Shown piece by piece: positions 43,713-52,146 of a DNA stretch of 64,000 nt. A program made the translations under genes and the position numbers. The stretch's first letter is position 1. Each line of letters starts with the position of its first letter. Under the pieces are notes generated by a model that saw only the letters and a program-made list of their open reading frames with translations, was not told the DNA's origin and made no database searches. Source of the DNA: Nitrospirota bacterium (GTDB lineage Bacteria > Nitrospirota > JACRHJ01); the NCBI GenBank assembly GCA_963845245.1, contig CAWJRJ010000016.1, positions 64,001 through 128,000 of the forward strand. The letters run 5' to 3'.

Positions 43713-44216
43713 ATGGTTTACTTAAAAATAATATTTCTCGTGTTAATCGCCGCCTACGCCCTGTCCTGCGGCCTGCACCCGTATGAGTACCATTTCATTG
43801 ACGGGGTGAACCTCCTTTTTCACGAGGCGGGGCACCCCATCTTCGGGCTCTTCGGGAACGAATTCCTCATGGTGCTTGGCGGCACGCTCGGGCAGCTTGT
43901 AATGCCCCTTATCATCCTGGTCTATTTCTTTTTCACCGGACAGCGTTATTCCTCCGCCGTGGCAGGCCTCTGGTTCTCGGAGAACTTCTTCCCCATTTCC
44001 ACCTACGCAAAGGATGCGACAATGATGGAGCTGCCGCTCGTCGGGAACGGCGACCGCATACACGACTGGAACTACATGCTCTCCGAGCTAGGCATGCTGA
44101 ACCGTGACCAGCATATCGGGAATATGTTTCATAGCGCCGGGTTTGCCCTACTTGCGGTGTTTTTCCTGATGGGTGTATGGTACAGCCGGACGCCTGGCGA
44201 ACCGGTAAGAAATTAA
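43713..44216 (+). CDS. Membrane protein with HExxH (putative intramembrane Zn-metalloprotease-like)
   Basis: NLLFHEAGH, GGTLGQL, HDWNY. Confidence 0.65.
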   Translation: MVYLKIIFLVLIAAYALSCGLHPYEYHFIDGVNLLFHEAGHPIFGLFGNEFLMVLGGTLGQLVMPLIILVYFFFTGQRYSSAVAGLWFSENFFPISTYAKDATMMELPLVGNGDRIHDWNYMLSELGMLNRDQHIGNMFHSAGFALLAVFFLMGVWYSRTPGEPVRN

Positions 44217-44368
44217 ACAGGCCTGAACTGCGACTCGCTCAAGCAGATGTCAGTCAGCAATGCGGAAGCATGACAAAAATCATTAAAAACGCTGACAGTG
44301 CCGGTAAACAAGGCCAAAGAGATTTGGTATAATCTAGACATTACAAATCACCAAACGGAGGTAATGTC

Positions 44369-44506
44369 ATGGCGGAAGAGAAAAATGTATGTGTGAGCTG
44401 CGGTACCGGTAGCGGGGACAGGCTCCTGATATCCTGCGAGCAAAACGGCAAGCCGGTCTGGGTGTGCGCGAGGTGCCTGCCGATGTTCATACACGGGTCG
44501 CATTGA
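44369..44506 (+). CDS. Small zinc-finger-like protein (45 aa), not in the ORF track
   Basis: MAEEKNVCVSCG...VWVCARCLPMFIHGSH; GGAGG RBS; upstream TGGTATAAT extended -10. Confidence 0.7.
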   Translation: MAEEKNVCVSCGTGSGDRLLISCEQNGKPVWVCARCLPMFIHGSH

Positions 44507-44544
44507 CCCCTCACCCCCATCCCCTCTCCCGTAAGGCGAGGGGA
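44507..44544. repeat. Family A REP-like repeat
   Basis: CCCCTCACCCCCATCCCCTCTCCCGTAAGGCGAGGGGA. Confidence 0.7.
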
Positions 44545-44563
44545 GTAAGGGAAGGAGAAGATA

Positions 44564-44968
44564 ATGGATAAAGAAGTCGTATGGTTTATAAGGCTCAGCC
44601 TGACTTACTTCCTCGTCGGCTCGCTAATGGGCGTATGCTTCGTCATATGGCCGGAGATGGCGAACACCGACCACATCTCCATGCACGTACACTTAAACCT
44701 GCTCGGCTGGATGTCCATGATGATATTCGGGGTCGGCTACCACATCCTGCCGCGTTTTTCCGGCAAGCCTCTGTGGAGCCGCAAACTCTCCATCGTCCAG
44801 TTCTGGATGGCGAACATCGGCCTTGTCGGGATGATTGCCGGCTGGGGTATGAGGGCACATGAAAATACAGGCGGGCAGACGGTACTCGGCATCTTCGGTT
44901 CGGTAATGTTCGTCTCCATACTCTTGTTCTTCTTCAATATGATAAAGACGGTGAAGGGGCCGGAATAA
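44564..44968 (+). CDS. Small four-TM protein, heme-copper oxidase subunit I / NnrS-like
   Basis: HVHLNLLGWMSMMIFGVGYHILPRFSG motif. Confidence 0.65.
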   Translation: MDKEVVWFIRLSLTYFLVGSLMGVCFVIWPEMANTDHISMHVHLNLLGWMSMMIFGVGYHILPRFSGKPLWSRKLSIVQFWMANIGLVGMIAGWGMRAHENTGGQTVLGIFGSVMFVSILLFFFNMIKTVKGPE

Positions 44969-44974
44969 CAGCCA

Positions 44975-45020
44975 CCCCCACCCGGCGCTTTGCGCCACCC
45001 TCCCCCGCAGGTGGAGAGGG
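44975..45020. repeat. Family A REP-like repeat
   Basis: CCCCCACCCGGCGCTTTGCGCCACCCTCCCCC-N-GGAGAGGG. Confidence 0.7.
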
Positions 45021-45024
45021 TAAC

Positions 45025-45056
45025 AAAAAAAAGGCCGCCCAAACGGGCGGCCTTTT
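45025..45056. terminator. Bidirectional intrinsic terminator
   Basis: A8-GGCCGCCC-AAAC-GGGCGGCC-TTTT between convergent genes. Confidence 0.85.
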
Positions 45057-45073
45057 CATTTATAATGCATATA

Positions 45074-45326
45074 TTACCAGTTGACGACGCTGTCCGCGTC
45101 GAATATCATGTCGACTATCTTGGAATAATCGACCTGGTTGCCGCAGCCGACGCCACGCGCCTCGGCGTCTTCCTTGCAGCAGAAGCTGTTTGCGATCGAC
45201 GCTGCAGGAGAGCACCGCGTCCTGCAAAAGGACCACCTTTACATCGTCGCCCCCGGTCTTCTGGGTGGCGGCTATGCTTAAGGGGTAGGCGTCGCCTTTC
45301 TTCCTTATTATGTGAAGTACCTTCAT
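45074..45326 (-). CDS. DsrH/TusB-like protein; frameshift near 45195
   Basis: MKVLHII...VVLLQDAV; corrected frame gives KEDAEARGV...VDYSKIVDMIFDADSVVNW. Confidence 0.75.
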
Positions 45327-45335
45327 GTCCCCCCC

Positions 45336-45683
45336 TTAATAGGTTATGACCGCCTTGGCGTCCTTGAGGATGGCGGCTATCTCGTCCCTAGACTTGAGCG
45401 TCGGCTCGTGGTTGAACTCGGTTATGCCGCGTTCGTCCGCCGACTGCTTGTCAACTATCAGGTCGAACTCAAGCTCCTTCAGCATCTCAAGGTGCTTGTT
45501 CCAGTCGAACCCTGAAATCACTGGCTTCCCCTTCGCGGAAAGGGCATAGATGCCGTCTTCCACGAATACCATCGTAAGCGGAGCGTCCCCCATGCTGAGG
45601 CCCACGCAGGAGCGGAGCGCCTCATGGACCCTGACGCTGTTGAAGGGGGAGCGCCGCAACATTATCGCTAAATTGTCACCCAT
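45336..45683 (-). CDS. DsrF/TusC-like (DsrE superfamily) protein
   Basis: RRSPFNS...EALR...VFVEDGIYAL...SADERGI. Confidence 0.78.
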   Translation of the reverse strand: MGDNLAIMLRRSPFNSVRVHEALRSCVGLSMGDAPLTMVFVEDGIYALSAKGKPVISGFDWNKHLEMLKELEFDLIVDKQSADERGITEFNHEPTLKSRDEIAAILKDAKAVITY

Positions 45684-45696
45684 TGTCGTATCCCCC

Positions 45697-46011
45697 TCAG
45701 CAGAATGTTATCAGCCGGTCTACTTCACCGATTATGCCCGAAAATATGTACTGGCTTGCGGATTTCACGGGGTTGCCCTCCTCGTGGATCTTGCGCTCCT
45801 CCGAGTTGTGGTGGCACTGTGAGATCTGGACACCCTTGGGTATAAGGTCCGTCAGGGTGTTGCAGTACGAGCCGTAGACTCCGTCGCACATCATGAAAAG
45901 CTGGACTTCCTTGCCAGAGGCAAGGGCGGCTTCGCAGAGCTTCACGACGGTGTGCATGTCTTCGTTTTCCGGGCTGGTGGTGAGGAGGATGCCTAGTTTG
46001 GTTCCTGCCAT
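45697..46011 (-). CDS. DsrE/TusD-like sulfurtransferase
   Basis: LLTTSP, LFMMCDGV, candidate active-site Cys in SQCHHNSEER, DRLITF. Confidence 0.8.
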   Translation of the reverse strand: MAGTKLGILLTTSPENEDMHTVVKLCEAALASGKEVQLFMMCDGVYGSYCNTLTDLIPKGVQISQCHHNSEERKIHEEGNPVKSASQYIFSGIIGEVDRLITFC

Positions 46012-46030
46012 TTTGTTGACCCCCTTGTGA

Positions 46031-46261
46031 TTAGCCCTTCTCTATGGTTATCTTCCAGACGGCGTCCCCGGCCTTGTCAACGGACACGACCTTGTGGCCG
46101 GCCTCTGTCGCCCACCTGGGTATCTCTTCGGATGAGAGCGGGTAGTCGAGGATCACACAGACCTGATCGCCGGAAGCCATCTTGGAGTTTACGAACTTTT
46201 TGGTCTTAACTGTTGCGTACGGACAAACTTCACCTTTTACGTCCAATTCAAAAGTAGCCAT
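46031..46261 (-). CDS. TusA/SirA family sulfur carrier
   Basis: LDVKGEVCPY motif; 76 aa. Confidence 0.88.
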   Translation of the reverse strand: MATFELDVKGEVCPYATVKTKKFVNSKMASGDQVCVILDYPLSSEEIPRWATEAGHKVVSVDKAGDAVWKITIEKG

Positions 46262-46339
46262 TTTGTTTAACCTCCGTTTTGGAAAATACAGGGACGATTA
46301 ATCACCCTGCCGTTATTGTTTCAGTAGTGCCCTGAGGAG

Positions 46340-46751
46340 TCACCTCCTTTCCTTAGCCACTTCACGCGCGCGTTTGAGAAGCGCGCTCTCGATAATTTCC
46401 TTGAAATTTTCCAGGTCCACCGGTTTGTACATATAATAGAAAATGCCCAGTTCCATTATCCTGCTCCCGGTAGCGACCGTAGTAATCGTCCGATATGACT
46501 ATTACTGGAACCTGCGGCTTGGACTTTTTTAATATCTGGATAGTCTTTGCAATGGGCAGGCCCTTCAGGTTCGTATCTATTATAGCCAGTTCTACTTCGT
46601 TGTCAATGGCTTCCAGCAACAGGTCGGATGTTTCGGTGACCCCCAGGACATGCTTGTCAAAAGACGCGATGACAAAATCGACGAGGCTGGACTTCACTTC
46701 CGCCTCTGCGCTGCCAATCAAGATAGTCCCGCGATTGTTACCCTTGGGCAT
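46340..46751 (-). CDS. Stand-alone atypical receiver domain protein; frameshift near 46480
   Basis: LAIID, VPVIVIS; corrected frame continues GIFYYMYKPVDLENFKEII. Confidence 0.7.
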
Positions 46752-46793
46752 ATGTAACCCTTTAATAAAAAATATTAAGCCAAAACATTGACT

Positions 46794-47013
46794 TGCAAAA
46801 GGGCTGCCAGAACGGCTCTCATATGCTTAATTGATGTTCAGTTGTAACTTGTTGATAACAATGCGATATAAAATGGGGCAGGAAAATAGTCGGGAGTCTG
46901 TTCCTGGTATCGTGGCGTTTTGAGGGACATTATTGCCACAACAAAAAGTGTATTACCCTGAGTTTAGCGGTAGTTTATCTCAAAAAAACAAAAGTTGAGG
47001 CAAAATTGCCTCA
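46794..47013 (-). promoter_or_regulatory. sigma54 promoter with an IHF site and upstream enhancer-like palindromes
   Basis: Minus strand TGGCAGCCCTTTTGCA (46794-46809; GG-N10-GC); TATCAACAAGTTA (46845-57) matches IHF WATCAANNNNTTR; TGAGGCAA-AA-TTGCCTCA (46996-47013). Confidence 0.75.
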
Positions 47014-47044
47014 GCTATACCATAAGTGTCCCAGTCTTTGGGAG

Positions 47045-47248
47045 CTATGCGGCCTTTCCCGCAGCTTCCTTTAATGACTTCATAAATGCGTCCAGGTCCA
47101 CCTTGTCCTGCGCGGCCATGTCGCGGAGAGACCTCGCGCCCCCGCAGCATGAGTCTATATTGAAGCGGTTGAATACCCCTATGGTGTTAGGGTACTTCCT
47201 TATGACGTCGTTCAGGGTCATGTCCGGGGTGATGATTATCTCTGCCAT
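47045..47248 (-). CDS. ScdA/RIC N-terminal-like (DUF542/DUF1858) small protein
   Basis: YPNTIGVFNRFNIDSCCGG motif. Confidence 0.8.
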   Translation of the reverse strand: MAEIIITPDMTLNDVIRKYPNTIGVFNRFNIDSCCGGARSLRDMAAQDKVDLDAFMKSLKEAAGKAA

Positions 47249-47266
47249 GTCGGTCCTTCCTTCTTT

Positions 47267-47581
47267 CTATGCCGGAGACGGTATTATAAGCGCGAGGACG
47301 ACCATCCTCTCGCCTTCCGAGCGGAAGCCGTGCGTCTCGTTGGACCTTGATACCACAACGTCCCCGGCCTTCATCGAAAGCTGGCTCTCGCCCACTATCA
47401 CGGTCCCGCTTCCCTTGTACACCTGCATCATGACCTCCGATGGGCTGGTGTGCCGTGGCACCCCCTGGCCCTTATCAAGGCAGAACAGCACCGCCCTGAA
47501 TTTGGAGGAGTCATATAGCATCTTAGTCCTCGGGCGTTCTTCCGAGAACTCGATTTCCGATTCCAGGTCTATCGGCAGCAT
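47267..47581 (-). CDS. Cupin domain protein
   Basis: GQGVPRH...G.G....G...MKAGD...HGF. Confidence 0.8.
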   Translation of the reverse strand: MLPIDLESEIEFSEERPRTKMLYDSSKFRAVLFCLDKGQGVPRHTSPSEVMMQVYKGSGTVIVGESQLSMKAGDVVVSRSNETHGFRSEGERMVVLALIIPSPA

Positions 47582-47591
47582 TACCCTCCTT

Positions 47592-48254
47592 CTACCAGTG
47601 CGTCTTGAAGCTTCCCTCTGATAGCACCTTGCCCGCAAACGATGCGGAGTGGCAGGTGTTGCAGACCTTCAGCATCAGTTCGCGGTTCTCTATTGTTATG
47701 TTCACGTTATGCGTGCGGTCCGGCATGTGGCAGGTCTCGCAGGTCGCGCTGTTTCCCGCCCCCAGCGTATCGTATACCACGCCCATCTTGGAGCGCCTGT
47801 AGCTCTGCACGTGCTGGGAGCTTAGGTGGCAGGTCATGCATATCTCCGGGTTCCTGGCCACTTTCAGCGAAAATGTATGCCTGACGTGGCATGAGGTGCA
47901 TTTCGTCACCCCGTTGTGTTTGCTGGCCATGAGCTCCTTAACCCTTATCGGGTGGCACTTTATGCATTTGTCGGGGCCGGGCAGCGCGGTAAAATCCGGC
48001 GAGTCGAACCCGGCGTCGTGGTTCCCGTGGCAGTCCGGGCATTTGATGCCCTTCGCGGCGTGGGCGCTTTCGAGCCAGGTCTTGGTTATCCATGGCGTGA
48101 TCTCTTTTTTGCTGTGGCATTGGTAGCATGCGAAGTTGGTGTCGATGCCCGCTGGTGCTTCATCGGCCGGGAATGCCGTGCCTGCAGCCCCGAACAGGAA
48201 CAAGAAGGAAACGGCCCAGAGTAAAGATACCCGCCTGATTGAAGAAAACGCCAT
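47592..48254 (-). CDS. Periplasmic heptaheme cytochrome c (truncated HAO-family fold)
   Basis: Signal peptide; 7 CxxCH (CYQCH, CPDCH, CIKCH, CTSCH, CMTCH, CETCH, CNTCH). Confidence 0.88.
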   Translation of the reverse strand: MAFSSIRRVSLLWAVSFLFLFGAAGTAFPADEAPAGIDTNFACYQCHSKKEITPWITKTWLESAHAAKGIKCPDCHGNHDAGFDSPDFTALPGPDKCIKCHPIRVKELMASKHNGVTKCTSCHVRHTFSLKVARNPEICMTCHLSSQHVQSYRRSKMGVVYDTLGAGNSATCETCHMPDRTHNVNITIENRELMLKVCNTCHSASFAGKVLSEGSFKTHW

Positions 48255-48693
48255 GGAATAGCCTCCAAATGACTGTGTTGGGGTATTATTGCGCGGTTTA
48301 GGCTTTTAATAAATGTAGCATCTGGTGGGCATTGTGTAAAGGCTTTTGAAGTGTGTGGCCATAACGTTTTTCAATTCGGAGTGAGATTTGTCTTTTTGTG
48401 TCCAAAATATCACCTGCCCCACGTGGATCGCTGGTATTCCTTTTTGTTTATAATGACTTGGCCTTTTTTGCCCCATCCCGCCCATGTGTCTTGTACCGCA
48501 TAAGCCTCTGATTCTAAAAAGATATTTAACCCCTGCGGTCATGTTCATATTCCCGCGTTTTCCGGCCGTTTCCCGCAATATTCCCGCAAAAACACCGCGT
48601 TTCCCTGCACGTTTTCGTGCGATTTGCGCACACTGTTGCAAACATGAGCGCGGATGGGGTATATTTTAATTATCCCTTCACCCGAGGTCTACA

Positions 48694-49363
48694 ATGTGCG
48701 GACGCTTCACCCTCTCTGCGGACAAGAAGTCTCTTGAGAACGCCTTCCCCGGCGCGGCGATCCTATCCGACATCGCGCCCAGGTACAACATCGCCCCGTC
48801 CCAGCCTGTAGCAGTCATCCGCGATTTCCACACGAAGGCCGTCGAGTTCTTCCGGTGGGGGCTGGTGCCACACTGGGCGAAGGATGAGCAGGTCGGCCAC
48901 AAGATGATAAACGCGCGCGCCGAGACGATTGCCGAGAAGCCGTCGTTTCGGGAGCCGTTCAAAAGGAGAAGGTGCCTCATACTGGCAGACGGTTTTTATG
49001 AATGGCACAAGGACCCGGCAGGCAGGCACACGTTCCCCATGTATATCAGGCTCAAGAGCGGCAGACCTTTCGCCTTTGCGGGGCTATGGGATAGCTGGCG
49101 CACAGGCGATGAGGAGGTTCGCACATGCACCATCATCACGACCACTTCCAATGAGCTGGTCGCGGCCATCCATGACAGGATGCCGGTCATCCTTGCGCCG
49201 GAGAATCTATTGGGAATGGATCAGTGCCGATGTGAAGGACCTGAAAAGTCATGAGGGGCTGCTGGTGCCGTACCCCTCGGATGAGATGGAAGCCTTTCGC
49301 GTGTCGGCGCGGGTGAATGACCCGAAGGTTGAGGGGCCGGAGTGCGTGGATAGGGAGAGATGA
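48694..49363 (+). CDS. SRAP (YedK/HMCES) abasic-site protection protein; frameshift near 49210
   Basis: MCGRF N-terminus, RYNIAPSQ, INARAET, GFYEW, IHDRMPVIL. Confidence 0.95.
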
Positions 49364-49539
49364 AGTGCAATCGTTAGCTTGTTGGTAGTGGGTCAGGTTG
49401 GATTTAATATGTTTTCGTAGAAGTGCTTAAGCGAAATGCTTCGCTTGACGAACATGGTACAATGAGTTATTTAACGTCCGATAATGGGGTTAATCACTAA
49501 CCTCTCCTTCCTTGAACTCAAGTCGTAGAACACATCAAC

Positions 49540-49627
49540 TCGGGCGGTGGCTCTGATGTTCATTCCCTTACCAAGCATCCTATTACCTGCGTCCTTTTCT
49601 TTGTGCGTTGTCGTTACAAAATTTCAT
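49540..49627 (-). pseudogene. Remnant N-terminus of an IS1-like DDE transposase
   Basis: Restoring one base gives KKRTQVIGCLVEGMNIRATAR, an HTH-type start; the rest is absent. Confidence 0.5.
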
Positions 49628-49653
49628 AATTTAGAAATTTTCACATTTAGCTA

Positions 49654-49688
49654 TTGACAGAACGCTTAGAATTAAATATAATCAGGTC
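49654..49688 (+). promoter_or_regulatory. Consensus sigma70 promoter giving a probably leaderless higB mRNA
   Basis: TTGACA, 17 bp, TATAAT; ATG 6 nt after the -10. Confidence 0.85.
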
Positions 49689-49985
49689 ATGGAGGCAACT
49701 TTCAAAGACAAGCTGTTTGACAAGTTGGAGACTGACGCTGCATTCGATGGCGGCTATCAGCAATCCATTGTTAAGGCGTATCGGAAAAGGATGCAGCAAA
49801 TTAGGGCTTTTGCTGATGAAAGAGATTTTTACAACATTAGGTCACTAAATTTTGAAAAACTTAAAGGTGCGCGGTCGCACCAATACTCGATTAGGCTGAA
49901 TGACCAATGGCGGCTGATTTTAGAATTTGGGGGCAGTGGCCCCACAAAGACCGCTATTATAGTCGGCATCGAAGATTATCATTAA
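49689..49985 (+). CDS. higB: HigB (RelE-fold) toxin
   Basis: SLNFEKLKG.R..QYSIRLNDQWRLI...IEDYH. Confidence 0.92.
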   Translation: MEATFKDKLFDKLETDAAFDGGYQQSIVKAYRKRMQQIRAFADERDFYNIRSLNFEKLKGARSHQYSIRLNDQWRLILEFGGSGPTKTAIIVGIEDYH

Positions 49986-49997
49986 AGGAGAAAGAAA

Positions 49998-51125
49998 ATG
50001 ACTAACAGAAGGGCTGCCGAAGTTTTCCCGCCCGGAGAATTTATCCGGGAGGAGTTAGAGGCGCGCAACTGGAGTCAGCTTGAGTTGGCCGAAATCATTG
50101 GACGCTTGCCGAAAGTTGTCAATGATTTAATTCAGGGGAAAAGGCCAATCTCGCCTGAATTAGCCAAGGCACTCAGTGATGCTTTTGGAACAAGTGCGCA
50201 ATATTGGATGAATTTAGAGAGTTCTTATCAGTTGTGGCATACAGAAGATGCTGACCAGCTTATTTCGCGGCGCGCAAAACTATACGAAAAAGCTCCCGTA
50301 AAAGAAATGTTTAAGCGGGGCTGGATAGAAAAATCTGAAAATATAGAAGTGCTAGAACAAAGAATTGCTAAGCACTTTGAACTGAAAAATATTAACGATG
50401 CGATATACCATCCACTTGCAGCAAGAAAAAAAGGGGACGAGGATGATATAACGCCTGCTCAGTGGGCTTGGTTTTTCAGAGTAAAGCATCTTGCATCTGC
50501 TGCACCTGCAAATAGTTATTCTACGCAGGGATTTAAAAAGTGTTTAGAGCAATTACGCGAATTATTATCTGATATCCATGCAATTAGGCATATCCCTAGA
50601 ATATTAGCAGAAGCTGGTATAAGATTTTTAATCGTAGAACACTTACCACATACTAAAATTGATGGGGTTACATTGTGGCTTGATAAAAAATCTCCAGTTA
50701 TTGCACTATCTATGCGCTACGATCGAATAGATTACTTCTGGTTCACTCTTTTACATGAATTGGGGCATGTATATAATGGAGATGGATTACCCGGCGATAT
50801 AATATTAGATGTTAATCTTATTGAACGGGAGCGAGGGCAGGTTATAAAAGAAATTGAAAAACTGGCCGATGATTTTGCAGAAAATTTCCTGATTAATCAA
50901 GATGCTCTTAACAATTTCATTGTTAGAGTTAAGCCTATTTACACTAAAGATAAAATTGTTGGATTCGCGCTACTCAACAAAGTACACCCTGGGATAGTTA
51001 TTGGCCAATTACATTTTAAGGGTGAAATAAATTATGATACTTATCGAAAATTGCTAGAAAAAGTTAAACATATTTTAATACCATCAGCACTAACGGATGG
51101 GTGGGGTCAAGCCATTCCAGTTTAG
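49998..51125 (+). CDS. higA: HigA antitoxin fused to an ImmA/IrrE-like HExxH domain
   Basis: PPGEFIREELEARNWSQ (Xre HTH), WMNLE, DYFWFTLLHELGH, EKLADDFA. Confidence 0.9.
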   Translation: MTNRRAAEVFPPGEFIREELEARNWSQLELAEIIGRLPKVVNDLIQGKRPISPELAKALSDAFGTSAQYWMNLESSYQLWHTEDADQLISRRAKLYEKAPVKEMFKRGWIEKSENIEVLEQRIAKHFELKNINDAIYHPLAARKKGDEDDITPAQWAWFFRVKHLASAAPANSYSTQGFKKCLEQLRELLSDIHAIRHIPRILAEAGIRFLIVEHLPHTKIDGVTLWLDKKSPVIALSMRYDRIDYFWFTLLHELGHVYNGDGLPGDIILDVNLIERERGQVIKEIEKLADDFAENFLINQDALNNFIVRVKPIYTKDKIVGFALLNKVHPGIVIGQLHFKGEINYDTYRKLLEKVKHILIPSALTDGWGQAIPV

Positions 51126-51135
51126 GGAGGTAAAC

Positions 51136-51609
51136 GTGATTACGAAGAACAAAGCACTACAGAATCTTGTGATTGCCTATATGGAAGATAGGCAGCCTTG
51201 GCCTGCAACTGCTAGAGAGATTGCTGCATGGGCAATCAGGGAAAGACGCTGGAGACCCGAACCATCTTCGATGATTGAACAGTGCTCCAATCAGCTTTCA
51301 CAGGCTATGCGTGATGAACACATTGTTGACCCACAGGGCCGTGTAGTTCGCGCTAAGCATGTTGCCAAGATTGAGCGCAACGGAGAGTTGCGACTAGAAT
51401 GGGCAGACATCCGAACGGCTCCCCGGGAGCACATGCATATTGCTTTTCAGAGTCGTAGGCAACAGATTGTAGGGGATTGCAGACAGTTAAAGACTGACGC
51501 GGATAGTTACAATGATAATAAATGTCCAGATAACCCAATCCAGCTTATTTTTGATTTCACACAGGACTTAGCAGAAATCGCAGCGGCTACTTACCCCAAC
51601 GCTTCATAG
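51136..51609 (+). CDS. Hypothetical protein, third gene of the higBA operon
   Basis: GGAGG RBS then GTG 10 nt after the higA stop; WPATAREIAAWAI, RRQQIVGDCRQLKTD, QLIFDFT. Confidence 0.75.
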   Translation: MITKNKALQNLVIAYMEDRQPWPATAREIAAWAIRERRWRPEPSSMIEQCSNQLSQAMRDEHIVDPQGRVVRAKHVAKIERNGELRLEWADIRTAPREHMHIAFQSRRQQIVGDCRQLKTDADSYNDNKCPDNPIQLIFDFTQDLAEIAAATYPNAS

Positions 51610-51814
51610 CAGCTTTACGAGCTATTTCTTTTCGTGCTTCGGGTGTGAGTTTTTCCGCTCTTGCTCTGCCACCCTTAAGATCTCCAAGCCGTCCAAGCTC
51701 TACGGCGGCTTGATTCTTTTCTACGGTCTTAGGAGCGGCCTTGCTTTCTCCAATGGCATCAACCACAATGGACGTGGCAAGTTTATTCAGGTCTTTTGGT
51801 AATTTCTCCTTCAT
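51587..51814 (-). CDS. Small basic protein (KGG-motif type)
   Basis: AAVELGRLGDLKGGRARAEKLTPEARKEIARKAAMKRW. Confidence 0.75.
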   Translation of the reverse strand: MKEKLPKDLNKLATSIVVDAIGESKAAPKTVEKNQAAVELGRLGDLKGGRARAEKLTPEARKEIARKAAMKRWGK

Positions 51815-51960
51815 CAGTATAATTAGGTACACATCCCATATTTAACTGGTGTATGCCTCACCCCTGATCTTCTGCCCCATCAGAAACACCACCGGCAGGA
51901 ATATAAACACCCCGACCACCCTATCTTCCTCTACCCCTCCGTGACACCTAACCCAAAAAA

Positions 51961-51982
51961 AGGTGCGCATTGCGCACCCTGC
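51961..51982. repeat. Single GTAG-type REP-like hairpin
   Basis: Minus strand GCAG-GGTGCGCA-A-TGCGCACC. Confidence 0.4.
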
Positions 51983-52146
51983 ATTTCTACATTAGAACGC
52001 GGCGAAAAGATCTGTGCCCATAAGTTACATAAATCAGAAATTATCCCGGAATACAGCCGTTTGTAATCATTTGGGGTAATTGACATTGAGAATAAGAGGG
52101 CTATTATGATACTGCAGGTACGCTTTTACAGTAAAGGGGACAGCCA

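Larger units (their letters stand above)
49384..51840. mobile_element. Decayed IS1-like transposon/island carrying a TA operon
   Basis: Sharp AT-rich segment; GGTAGTG-starting terminal-repeat-like end at 49384; transposase-like HTH remnant at 49540-49627 (-); right end approximate. Confidence 0.5.

Noticed and set aside
45074..46261. Evidence for dissimilatory sulfur oxidation (rDsr)
   Set aside because: No dsrAB, dsrC or dsrMKJOP in the window; DsrE-family genes alone are insufficient
48316..48333. Sigma54 promoter for the heptaheme operon
   Set aside because: A TGC is present but the -24 GG is missing at the required spacing
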